This document shows, piece after piece, positions 37,061-48,915 of a stretch of DNA of 64,000 nucleotides. The notes beneath the pieces were generated by a model, which was not told the origin of the DNA, ran no database searches, and worked only from the letters and a program-made list of their open reading frames with translations. Made by a program: the position numbers and the translations under genes. The stretch spans positions 54,872,001 to 54,936,000 of the forward strand of contig NC_086108.1 of NCBI RefSeq assembly GCF_963921235.1, given 5' to 3'. Origin of the DNA: Mobula hypostoma. Taxonomy: Eukaryota. Every line of letters begins with the position of its first letter. Within the stretch, counting starts at the first letter, position 1.

Positions 37061-38769
37061 CCATTTTACCGGAACTCACCATGATATAGGATGGATCGGT
37101 TGCACTTGAATACGGAGGAGATTGACCAGGAAGTTGCCTGGTTGAAGGACTTTAGTTGTAGGAAGAGATTGGATGGGTTGTGCTTGCTTTTCCTGGAATA
37201 AAAGAGGTTGAGTGATATATAAAATATTAAGAGGAATGTATAGGGTAGCTAGTCAGAATTATTTTCGCATGGCAGGGGCATCAAACACAAGGTTTAGATT
37301 TAAAATCAGAGAGAAAATTTAAGGGGGTTTTAAGGGAAAAGGTTTTAAAAAGAGAGTGGTTGATATCTTGGAAAGCTGTTAACTTACTGCCCATTACACC
37401 TGCTGGCATTTAGGGCAGCAGTGAAGCTCCTCCATCTATGTCTGTCCTTGGCCGTCTTCTCTATTGTGCCCCGGGTGTGGTTCAGGGCTCTCATTTCTTT
37501 CTTTATGATATAGCGCCAGGTTGTTTCTGGTCTCCTGTGTTTCCTCCACCCTTCAGGGATCCAGTGAAGTGCTGTCTTGATGATGGATTTGGCCTCTTCT
37601 CATCACGTGCCCAGTCCATCTCCAATGTTTCCTCATGATGATTGTGGTTATGTCCTCTTGATGATACTGAAGCAGTAGGGTGTGGTTGGAGATCTTCTTT
37701 TGTCAGAAGATATGGAGGCTCTTGGTATGAAATTATGAAAGCTTGACAAGGTCGCTCCCTGTCATGTGCCAGCTTTCTCACCCGTACAAGAGTGTGGACA
37801 GAACACAGCTCTGGTACAGCTTCACCTTGGTATGGACGCTATACTTGGTTGATCACTATATATTTCTCATTGATCTGAAGATGTTTGTAGCTTGGTCCTT
37901 GCTGCCACCATCCTGCTGAATGCTGGTGCACAAGTTGGTGAATCTGTCGGTGCTGGCTAAGTCAACGCCATGTGCCTTGACGGGAGTAGGACACTCTACA
38001 TTGAGAGTCATGGTCTAAGTTTTCTCTGGCTGATTCTGAGTAATCTGTTCACCAAAAGCACACAGGCGCTGAGTTTTCTCTTGCATCTGCTGCTGTGTGT
38101 GATAGTAATGGAAGGTCATGTAGAAAGTTAAAGTAGAGAATAGAGTCCACCTCATGTCTCTCTAGTTATCTGTCATTGTTTGCATCATAACCCAGTCAAT
38201 CACCAGGTTAAACAACATCTCTGACATCACACAGCCTTACCTCACCCCTGTCTTGATTTCAAAGCTGAGGTTGCTGTGTCCAACTGTGCAGGTGAAGTTA
38301 GCAGAGAAACTCTGGATGAGCTGGATAACTTTGGAAGGGATCCCGTATGATCTGAGAATTCACCAGAGGCTTTCCCTGTGGATGCCAACAAAAGCCTTTA
38401 CAATGTCCACAAAATTCACATGCAGTTGTCTCTGCCACTCTGAGCACTGCTCTGTGATGTTATGCAATGTGAAGATGTGGTCAGCACAGTTCTGTTCTTC
38501 CTGAAACCAGCTTGCTCAAGTACACATTGACAGCAACTATAATCCGTTAGACAATGACTATGGTGATAATCTTGCTAGGCACAGACAGAAGTGTGATGCC
38601 ACATCAGTTACTGTAGTCACTTAGCACTCCTTTCTTGGGAATCCTAACAATGACTCCCTTTGTCCATTTCTTGGGTACTTGGGCCTGTTCCCAGATTATA
38701 GTAAACAGTGGTTGCAGGATGGCTGCTGCAACCTTTGATTTAGCTTTGAACAGGTTGGCATTAAATTGT

Positions 38770-39085
38770 TATGTTCCTTAGTGGCTTAGTTGCAGCAACA
38801 CTTCGTCAGGCCTGAAATGTCGACTGTACCTCTTCCTAGAGATGCTGCCTGGCCTGCTGCGTTCACCAGCAACTTTGATGTGTGTTGCTTGAATTTCCAG
38901 CATCTGCAGAATTCCTGTTGTTTGCCTTAGTATTTTTGTCTGTTTTTTTTATGAGGCTGATATGCTAGCTCGCTGCTGAACCCAATACAGATGGAAAGCA
39001 TGCAAGGAGCTGGCTGGATTCGAACCCAGGACAATTCACCTTGAGGTCTGGTGTGGATGCCACTACACCTCCGGACAGCTGGTCT
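38770..39085 (-). mobile_element. tRNA-headed SINE interrupted by a Penelope pseudo-LTR fragment (about 38800-38925)
   Basis: B box ggttcgaatcc; body homologous to 54203-54436. The inserted piece matches 48806-48915. Confidence 0.75.
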
Positions 39086-40393
39086 ATGCAGTAATTCTCT
39101 GAAATTGTACATCGTGCTGCTTGTTCTTTCTCAGTTGTCAAAAGCAGACCATACTTGTCTCTCACAGGACCACTGGATTTGGCCTGCAACTTTCTGTGTA
39201 CCAATTTTGAAATCTTGTATATATTTCCCTGGTCATTTGATTGGCTGGTTCTTTGGCCTACACTGCATGGTCTTCCATGTAAGACTCTCTTATTCTTTTC
39301 ACAAGTCTCTTCACTTTCTTATTAGCTTCGGTGTATGATAGTTGAAGTTTCATCTTGAGACGTGTTGACTTTGCATCTAGCACTTTCTTCTTAATTTTTC
39401 CATTTTTCCTCTAAGGCTGTCCATGTTTCCTGCTGTATTCATTCTTTGTTATTTTTTTTCAGCTGTCTGTCCTAGACAAGCCTCACTGCTCTCCTTGAAG
39501 ACTGAGGTGATATGTTTCCACATTGTGTCGATCTTGTCTAACACATCCTTGTCAAGGTCTTCCAAGGCCTGGAATCTGTTCTTAAGGTGAATGATGAATG
39601 CAGATCTCACACTGGTTTCCTTGAGCTTTTCAACATCAAAATGTCTTTGTACATGTGTTCTGGTTCCAGTGCTTCTCAGCTTGAGTTTCATCATTGCTAC
39701 AACAAGGTGGTGATCACTTCCTGTATCTGCTCCTCTCTTCACCTTTACATCCTGTAATGATAGTCTCCATGTATCATTGATCATTAAATGGCCTATCTGC
39801 CTCTTGTCACGCCCACTGGGTGAGAACCATGTCAATTTGTGGATTTCATGGTGTGGAAAGATGGTCCCTCCTCGGATCAGATTGTTCATGGCACAGAATT
39901 CTACCAGTCTTTCACCGTTGTTGTTCGTCGTTCCACGTCCATGCGTGCCCATGACCCTAGTGAAGTGTGAGTTGTCATTTCACACTTTTGCATTTAGATA
40001 TTCCATGACAATGATTACGTCACGGTGTGGTGTTAACTCCACCTCCGATTGCAGCTGTTTGTAGAAGACATCGTTTTCTTCAATGTCAATATTGTTAGTT
40101 GGAGTATAGCACTGCAACACAGTCATGTTCACTTGCTTTTTCATTCTGACTCTCATTAACCTATTGTTTATTGATTTCTACTCCATCAAGGACTCCTCAG
40201 TTCCTTTCTTCAAAATGACAGCTACACCATCATGATGCTGAGAAATTTCCCTTCCTGAGTATAAAACTATTTCTCTAGTTGCTGCCTTTAGTCTGCCAGA
40301 CCCTGTCCATCTGCTTTCACTGAGACCCGGTATATGTAGGCTGTAATGATGCATTTCTGCAGTTATTTGTGCTAGCTTGCCAGTGTTGTACAT

Positions 40394-43190
40394 AAGACCA
40401 TAAGACAAAGGAGCAGAAGTAGGCCATTCGGCCCATCGAGTCTGCTCCGCTATTTTATCCTGAGCTGATCCATTTTATCCTATTTAGTCCCACTGCCCCG
40501 CCTTCTCACCATAACCTTTGATGCCCTGGCTACTCAGATACCTATCAATCTCTGCCTTAAAGACACCCAATGACTTGGCCTCCACTGCTGCCCGTGGCAA
40601 CAAATTCCATAGATTCACTACCCTCTGACTAAAAAAATTTCTTTGCATTTCTGTTCTGAATGGGTGCCTTTCAAGCCTGAAGTCATGCCCTCTTGTACTA
40701 GACTCCCCCATCATGGGAAACAACTTTGCCACATCCACTCTGTCCATGCCTTTTAACATTCAAAATGTTTCTATGAGGTCTCCCCTCATTCTTCTAAACT
40801 CCAAGGAATACAGTCCAAGAGCGGACAAACGTTCCTCATATATTAACCCTCTCATTCCCAGAATCATTCTAGTGAATCTTCTCTGTACCCTCTCCAACGT
40901 CAGCACATCCTTTCTTAAATAAGGAGACCAAAACTGCCCACAGTACTCCAAGTGAGGTCTCACCAGTGCCTTATAGAGCCTCAACATCACATCCCTGCTC
41001 CTATACTCTATTCCTCTTGAAATGAATGCCAACATTGCATTCGCCTTCTTCACTACTGACTCAACCTGGAGGTTAACTTTAAGGGAATCCTGTACGAGGA
41101 CTCCCAAGTCCCATTGCATCTCAGAACTTTGAATTCTTTCCCCATTTAAATAATAGTCTGCCCGTTTATTTTTTCTGCCAAAGTGCATAACCATACACTT
41201 TCCAACATTGTACTTCATTTGCCACTTCTCTGCCCATTCTTTCAATCTATCCAAGTCTCTCTGCAGACTCTCTGTTTCCTCAGCACTACCGGCCCCTCCA
41301 CCTATCTTCGTATCGTCAGCAAACTTAGCCACAAAGCCCTCTATTCCATAATCCAAATCGTTGATGTACAATGTAAAAAGAAGCGGCCCCAACACTGATC
41401 CCTGTGGAACACCACTGGTAACCGGCAGCCAACCAGAATAGGATCCCTTTATTCCCACTCTCTGTTTCCTGCCAATCAGCCAATGCTCTATCCACGTATG
41501 TAACTTTCCTGAAATTCCATGGGCTCTTATCTTGTTAAGTAGCCTCATGTGTGGCACCTTGTCAAAGGCCTTCTGAAAATCCAAATATACAACATCCACT
41601 ACATCTCCCTTGTCTAGCCTACTGGTAATTTCCTCAAAAAATTGTAATAGGTTTGTCAGGCAGGATTTTCCTTTAAGGAATCCATGCTGAGTTCTGCCTA
41701 TCTTGTCATATGCCTCCAGGTACTCTGTAACCTCATCCTTGACAATCGACTCCAACAACTTCCCAACCACCGACGTCAAGCTAACAGGTCTATAATTTCC
41801 TTTTTGCTTCCTTGCCCCCTTCTTAAATAGCGGAGTGACATTTGCAATCTTCCAGTCCTCCGGAACCATGCCAGAATCTATCGACTTTTGAAAGATGATC
41901 GCTAATGCCTCCGCAATCTCCACAGCTACTTCCTTCAGAACACGAGGGTGCATTCCATTTGGTCCAGGAGATTTATTGACCTTTAGCCTATTCAGCTTCC
42001 TGAGTACTTTCTCTGTCGTAATTGTGACTGCACACACTTCTCTTCCCTGCCACCCTTGAGTGTCCAGTATCCTGCTGTCTTCCTCAGTGAAGACTGATGC
42101 AAAATACTTGTTCAATTCCTCTGCCATCTCCTCATCTCCCATTACAATTTCTCCAGTATCATTTTCTATCGGTCCTATATCTACTCTCACCTGTCTTTTA
42201 CTCTTTATATATTTGAAAAAGCTTTTAGTATCTTCTTCGATATTATTTGCTAGTTTCCTTTCATAGTTAATCTTTTCTCTCTTAATGACCTTCTTGGTTT
42301 CCTTTTGTAAGGTTTTAAAGACTTCCCAATCCTCTGTCTTCCCACTAATTTTTGCTTCCTTGTATGCCCTCTCCTTAGCTTTAACTTTGGCTTTGACTTC
42401 TCTTGTCAACCACGGTTGCATCCTTTTTCCACTCGAAAATTTCTTCTTTTTTGGAATATACCTGTCTTGCACATTCCTTATTTCTCGCATAAACTCCAGC
42501 CACTGCTGCTCTGCCGTCTTTCCCGCCGGTGTCTCTTTCCAGTCAACTTTGGCCAGTTCCTCTCATGCCACTGTAGTTTCCTTTACTCCACTGAAACACC
42601 GACACATCAGATTTCGGCTTCTCTTTTTCTAATTTCACAGTGAACTCAATCATGTTATGATCACTGCCTCCTAAGGGTTCCTTCACCTCAATCTCTCCAA
42701 TCACCTCCGGTTCATTACACAATACCCAATCCAGTACAGCCGATCCCCTAGTGGGCTCAACAACAAGCTGTTCTAAAAAGCCATCTCGCAGACATTCTAC
42801 AAATTCTCTCTCTTGAGATCCAGTGCTGACCTGATTTTTCCAATCTACTCGCGTGTTAAAATCCCCCACAATTATCATAACACTGCCCTTCTGACAAGCC
42901 TTTTCTATTTCCAGTTGTAATTTGTAGTCCACATCCCTGAAGCTGTTTGGAGGCCTATAAATAACTGCCATCAGGGTCCTTTTACCCCTGCTATTCCTTA
43001 GCTCAACCCATAAAGATTCTGCACCTTCCGATCCTATATCACCTCTTTCTAATGATTTAATATCAGTTCTTACCAATAAAGCCACGCCTCCCCCTCTGCC
43101 TACCTTCCTATCCTTCCGATACACCGCGTATCCTTGGATGTTCAGCTCCCAGAGACATGCATCCTCTAGCCAGGTCTCAGCGATGGCCAC
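40394..43190 (-). mobile_element. Young CR1 LINE, 5'-truncated within the EN domain
   Basis: 576-aa RT ORF at 40760-42490. Only one frameshift (about 42560) and one stop (40760) are seen. Flanked by ACAT/ACAT, with a tcttatgg-type tail. Confidence 0.96.
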
Positions 43191-43682
43191 ACATGGCTTG
43201 TATATTCCAGAAATCAATTTAGGTTTGGTCTTGATAGTTTTCAGGGCTTCCTTCATCATGCTGGTAGCTTCCTCTTGGTTTTCACTACTGTCAGCCGTGC
43301 AAATCCTGGGTGGAGACTCAGGAATACCATCGCACACAGATATATTAAAGACTTTTCAATGCTATTTCTGTAACAGTTCTGTTCGACCAGTCAGGCCCTC
43401 AGCTGAACCCCCGAACCTGGAGGTCAGGTGGATCTTTCTTAGTCTGGTCTCTATCCTTTGACATACTTGGCATAGTTGACCCTACTAAGAGCCAAGGCAT
43501 AAGGCCCTGACTCCGGGCAGCATAGCTCTCCAGGTCACTGATGCATGCAGTCATCCAAACCACTTCACAGCTGTGGTCCTCTTAGAAGGAACCCTGTTAA
43601 AGGAGCTGTAAAAAATCAAATAAATCGCTGTGTTTATGAGACAATTAGACAGACATATAAATTGTCAAGGCATAGGGGGATA

Positions 43683-44420
43683 TTCAAAGTTCAAAGTAAA
43701 TTTATTATCAACAGATATGTCACCAAATACTACATTGAGATTGATTTCCTTACAAGCATTCACAGTAGAATGGAGAAAAATGATATAATCATTGAAAAAC
43801 TGCACACAAAGAATGACCAATGTGAAAAAAAGACAAATTGCGAATAAAAATAAATAAATAAATAAATAAGAAAATCCATAATACTGAGAAGATGAGCCCA
43901 TAGTTTGTGGAATCGGTTCAGAGATGAGGTGTGTGAAGTCATCGACCCTGGTTCAGGAGCCTGATGGTTGCGGGGTAATAATTGTTCCTGAATCTGGAGG
44001 CGTGAGACCTCAGGGTCCTGTCCTGTCCTGTACCTCCCTCCCGATGGGAATAGCGAAGAGAGAGAATGGCATGGATGATACATGCTGCTTTCATGTGGCA
44101 GATATGCTCAGTGGTGGGGATCGCCCGGGCTGTGTCCATCACTTTTAGAAGGCTTTTCTGTTCTAGGGCATTGGTGTTTTTATACCAGACCATGATACAA
44201 ACAATTAGGATACCCTGCACTATGCACCTACAGAATTTTGTCAAAGTTTCAGATGACATGCCAAACTTGCGCAAACTTTGAAGAAAGTAGAAGCACTCCT
44301 GTGCCTTATTTGTGATGGCACTTGCGTGCTTGTCCCAGGACACATCTTCTGATATGATACCAGCAAGGAATTTAATGTCATTGACCCTCTCCACCTCTGT
44401 TCCCCTAATGCAGACTGGCT
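43683..44420 (-). mobile_element. Rex1/Babar 3' fragment
   Basis: ORF 43939-44493 (VERVNDIKFL...YFLQSLRKFGMS...YPATIRLLN) and a (ctttgaa)n tail. Confidence 0.85.
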
Positions 44421-45334
44421 CATGGACCTCCGGTTTCCATCTTCTGTAGTCAATTGGGAAAATGGGGTTATTGTAAATGGTTGGTCTGGACATGATGGGC
44501 TGAAGGGCCTTTTTCTGTGCTGTATAACTCTATGACTGTATGAACGTTCATGTAAAAGGGTTCACTTGAACCACCTTAAGAGTGGGATTCTGGAATCTGC
44601 CAATTCTCATTGCAAAATATAATACCATAAATGTATTCTAATGCTCTCATAAATGTCAGTCTTGTGTGTTTGCACTCTTAAAAGGCTACTTAACATGTTC
44701 AGTCTTCTCCATATATCCTCATTATGTTGAATTGAAGACTTACCTGAATCTCCCATATGCCAATTTTTTTTTCATTCTCTGGATCTCTCAATTCCAAATA
44801 AATTATGTGGTTCAATTGAAAATAGGTTTAAATCAGACCAGGGCAATTTTGCACGCAAATTCTGCCCCTGACTTTTCATCAGGATTTTCATTTGTACAAC
44901 CCTTTATTTTATTTTCTCGCACAAATGCTGCTAAAAGTAGTGCAATGTCCAAAGTCACTGTAATTCTTAAATTTATTCATCTGAAAAGGTATTATTTTTA
45001 ATAGTTCCATAATGTTTTATGGAAGCTGTTTTCCCTAAAACTGTGCTATTTAATAGGCTAACACAACACACATTTTTGTACTTGCTGAGGCATGTGCCCT
45101 CTTGCTATCTTTTATCCAACTTTACACAGCCTTTTCAATAAATTCCAAAGTTATTCTCAGTTCTTCAAGCTTTGGGTTAATTCCAGGCTGCTCCTGCTCA
45201 TTGCTGCTATTTGCTGCATTAGTGAAGTACACCTGACCTTCATCTTCTTTTCATTCAGCCAAAAAGAGTAGTTGTATCAGATAGCGAAATTGCCTTCAGT
45301 GGAATTCCCCAGCCTGTCATATTTCTTTAAGATG

Positions 45335-45655
45335 TAAAAGAAGGCTCTTTGGCCCATTAAGTCTACACTAATCATCAGATACCATCAATACCAATCTTAC
45401 ACTAATCCCATTATATTTTCCCACATTCTCATCAACTTCTCCAAGATCCTACACGCACTTACAAACTAGGGGTAATTTACAGTGGTCAATAAACTTACCA
45501 ATATGCATACCTTTGGGATGTGGTGGAATCCAGCACACTTGTGGGAATCTCAAGGCGTTACATAGAGAATGTGAAAGTTCCACTCAGTCAGCACCAGAGT
45601 TGAGGATTAAAACTGGTGACCGGCACTGTGAGGCGGCGTTCCTACAAGCTGCAGT
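45335..45655 (-). mobile_element. Degraded V-SINE with a CR1-like tail
   Basis: Minus-strand V-domain-like gtggaactttcacattctct...ccacatcccaaagg. Confidence 0.6.
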
Positions 45656-45789
45656 TTGTGTCTCCCCTAACAGACTGCATTAATATTCGTTCCTGTGCAG
45701 ACCTCGAAGTATTCTCTTGCCTAGTTGCAGCCCAGATGAGTCTCCATCCCCCTTGTGCCAAGAACAAGCCCCCTGCAACCATTTGTCGT

Positions 45790-46405
45790 CAGCATCCTCT
45801 TTGACTTTCTACCATCAGGCAGGAGACTCCGATGCATAAGAACAAGAACGGTCAGGATGGGAAGCAGTTTCTTCCCTCAGGCCATCAGGCTTCTGAACTC
45901 CCAGCTGCATCGCACTCGAAGTGTCACCGGTTAATCTGTTCCGTACCTGACAATATTTAATTTATGCACTTTAGTTTGTTATTTATATGTGATTCATCTA
46001 TAGATTTTCTCCTTGCCCTCATAAGTTCTCATGTGTTATGTGTACTACTATGCTTTACACCCTGGTTTGGAGAAATGTTATTTCTATGTGCATTATACAT
46101 TATGTACATTGTATACGTGTATATAGTTAAATCAGAATCAGGTTTATTATCACCGGTATGTGTCATGAAATTTGTTAACTTAGCAGCAGCAGTTCAATGC
46201 ATACTGAAGAAGAAGAAGGAGAAAGAAGAAAAAAATAATTAAATCAATTACACTATACGTATATCGAATAGATTAAAAATCATGCAAAAACCAAAAATAA
46301 TATATATTAAAAAAGTGAGGTAGTGTTCACGGGTTCAATGTCCATTTAGGAATCTGGATGACAGAGGGGGAGAAGCTGTAGACCTGACCTGACTTGACTT
46401 GACCC
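45790..46405 (+). mobile_element. Rex 3' fragment whose tail is split by an antisense Rex 3' end (46131-46380)
   Basis: LPSGRRLRCIRTRTVRMGSSFFPQAIRLLN and a (gactt)n tail. The insert is a reverse-complement match to 2390-2610. Confidence 0.8.
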
Positions 46406-47667
46406 TGGGAACACTCTTACACTGTCCCTTTCATCATGCCACATCCATTCATTCAGTAGCAAAACTCCCTTGTCGCTGAAGGGGTGTAGCTTATATTTTG
46501 ATGTGTCCCTTTAAGAGCTTTCAGCAGAGATCACAAGTGAGATTAATTGCAGCTGTGAATAGTTGCAGTCAGCCAATGGAATACAGAGCCGCTGAAACAG
46601 ACAGTGAAAGAGAATCCCAACAACACTGCTCTGTTGAGGATCTCGGTTGTTTTAGCACATTTGCAAACAGCTTTAAGGTGACTGACAACACTGCTTTACC
46701 ACCATTATATGGGAATAAAGCAATTTCTCAGCTTTGACCTTTAGATAGCCTGCTGAGTGCTATCACTAACTCTCACTCAGTAACTGGCCATCCTTTCACA
46801 TTTCACCAGCTATTCCTATTGTACAAAATAGTAACCTATTCTAAGAAAATGGATCTGTTGGTACATTTTTTATTGATGTTTTTCCATGGATTCAAAGAAG
46901 CAATAGGTTATTATGTTACTTTAGACACTTTATTTTTATATTTACAACACATAGTGGGGATGTAAATCATGGCAGAATGCAGCAGCCCTTCACTCGTGTG
47001 AATGTCATCATGAAAAGATAAATCGTCGGTGCTTAGTGAGTGAATGAGTCAAGTGGTGTGGTTTTGAAATTAAGGATCAGGAAGATTCAGGTTCAAACAT
47101 CAATCTGGCTAAGTCAAATGATCTTGCTCTAAAATAAGCTTCAAGATCCTTGGGGCACAGTTTCCATTTGTAATGGTTACCTCTATTTAAAATCACTGGT
47201 AAAGATAGGAAACCACTCAGCTGTGATGCCCCATTAGGAGGAATAGCCCACTTGTCCTCAGACCAAGATATTTTTTGTTGGCAGTTGTGTTGTAACAGAA
47301 TTTTACTTGCTTGACTGATGTGGCACTGCTTCCAGCTAATTCCAGGAATGGGTCTAATTTAAATTTTACTGATGGCCACTGGTCACCCAGCATGATTCCT
47401 GATGGAAAATTCCTGTCAGTGGCCTTTGGCACGTCCAATAGTAGATTGCTTGGCAATGTGATCTTGGCCAACACATGCTTCATATAATGTGCCAGATTAA
47501 ATGGAAATTAACAATTTTGCAATAAATCAATGAGCCTGTATTTAATTTTTAATATATTTCTAAAGGCTAAATGAATTGTTAGTACCTTTTTGCATAGAGA
47601 TAATCTCTACATCTCATCAATGTGGCAGTATTTACGGACAAGATAGCATCATGACATGAGGTTATTA

Positions 47668-47855
47668 AAGCAACACACACAAAATGCTGGTGGAACGTAG
47701 CAGGCCAGACAGCATCCATAGGAAGAAGCACAGTCGGGTCTCGGCCCGAAACGTCGACTGTGTTTCTTCCTATGGATGCTGTCTGTCCTGCTGCGTTCCA
47801 CCAGCATTTTGTGTGTGTTGCTTGAATTTCCAGCATCTGCAGATTTCCTCATGTT
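47668..47855. mobile_element. Penelope pseudo-LTR fold-back remnant
   Basis: Roughly 70-bp inverted arms around gggtctcggcccgaaacgt. Similar relics lie at 18725-18855, 22645-22700, 26800-26892 and 51248-51400. Confidence 0.8.
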
Positions 47856-48649
47856 TATGTGGTTATTAAAGCTTATTTGCCTGTTTTTAGGTAGTTATTT
47901 CAAAGATCTAGGAAAAATAGGACTGTAAGATGGCTCTAAGAACAGAAATATGCAGAAATCTAGCATGATGGGTCCTCAGTCATTTTTCTGCCCCAGAATT
48001 ACTCAAGGAAACCAATAGGGAGAAAAGTTTCTCTTTGAATGTCTAGACTAAGATATGAAGAATGTACATTTGGGCAAAGCCCAAGAAGGCTTCTGGAAAT
48101 TCTGAAAACGTACTCCAGAAAAAATCACAACCTTTGTGAAGAGAATTTTAAGAAGAAAATTTCCTCCATTTTTTGTTGTCTTGGTACCAATATGAATATA
48201 ATGTATAGATCAATTACAATAAATTTAGGACAACATAAATAAGGATTCGATATTAAATGAATATAAGATCATAAGAAATGTGAGCAGGATTTGGCCTGTC
48301 ATCCCTTACTTTCAAAACGATTGTGGCTGATCTTTCACCCCAGTACCACTTAAAAACCATAGAAACGATAGAAAAACTACAGCACAGAAACAGGCCTTTT
48401 GACCCTTCTTGGGTGTGCCGAACCATTTTCTGCCTAGTCCCACTGACCTGCACATGGACCATATCCCTCCATACACCTCCCATCCATGTATTTGTCCAAT
48501 TTATTCTTAAATGTTAAAAAAAGTCCACATTTACCACCTCGTCTGGCAGTTCATTCCACACTCCCACCACTCTCCGTGTGAAGAGGCCCCCCTAATGTTC
48601 CCTTTAAACTTTTCCCCCTTCACCCTTAACCCATGTCCTCTGGTTTTTT

Positions 48650-48915
48650 GTACAGGCGACGTTTCAGGCCAAGACCCTTCGTCAGGACTAACTGAAGGAA
48701 GAGTTAGTAAGAGATTTGAAAGTGGAAGGGGGAGTCTCCCTCTCCCCCTCCCACTTTCAAATCTCTTACTAACTCTTCCTTCAGTTAGTCCTGACGAAGG
48801 GTCTCGGCCTGAAACGTCGACTGTACCTCTTCCTAGTGATGCTGCCTGGCCTGCTGCGTTCACCAGCAACTTTGATGTGTGTTGCTTGAATTTCCAGCAT
48901 CTGCAGAATTCTCTG
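48650..48915 (+). mobile_element. Penelope pseudo-LTR insertion with an inverted duplication
   Basis: Arms 48650-48734 and 48742-48826 are near-perfect inverted repeats, homologous to 6970-7070. Confidence 0.92.
48786..48823 (+). ncRNA. Minimal type I hammerhead ribozyme motif (Penelope-associated)
   Basis: UAGUC-CUGACGA-AGG(gucucgg)CCU-GAAA-CGUC^GACUG: intact core, helices I and II, and palindromic ACGU in place of helix III. Confidence 0.8.

Larger units (their letters stand above)
37383..43593 (-). mobile_element. Full-length RTE LINE, degraded, with nested SINE, Penelope and CR1 insertions
   Basis: TSD CTGTTAA at 37376-37382 and 43594-43600; 5' UTR about 43310-43593; EN (LSESRWTGSG, NNNGERLVEFC, GSDH); RT relics at 37800-38760; 3' end gggcagtaag. 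Confidence 0.92.
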
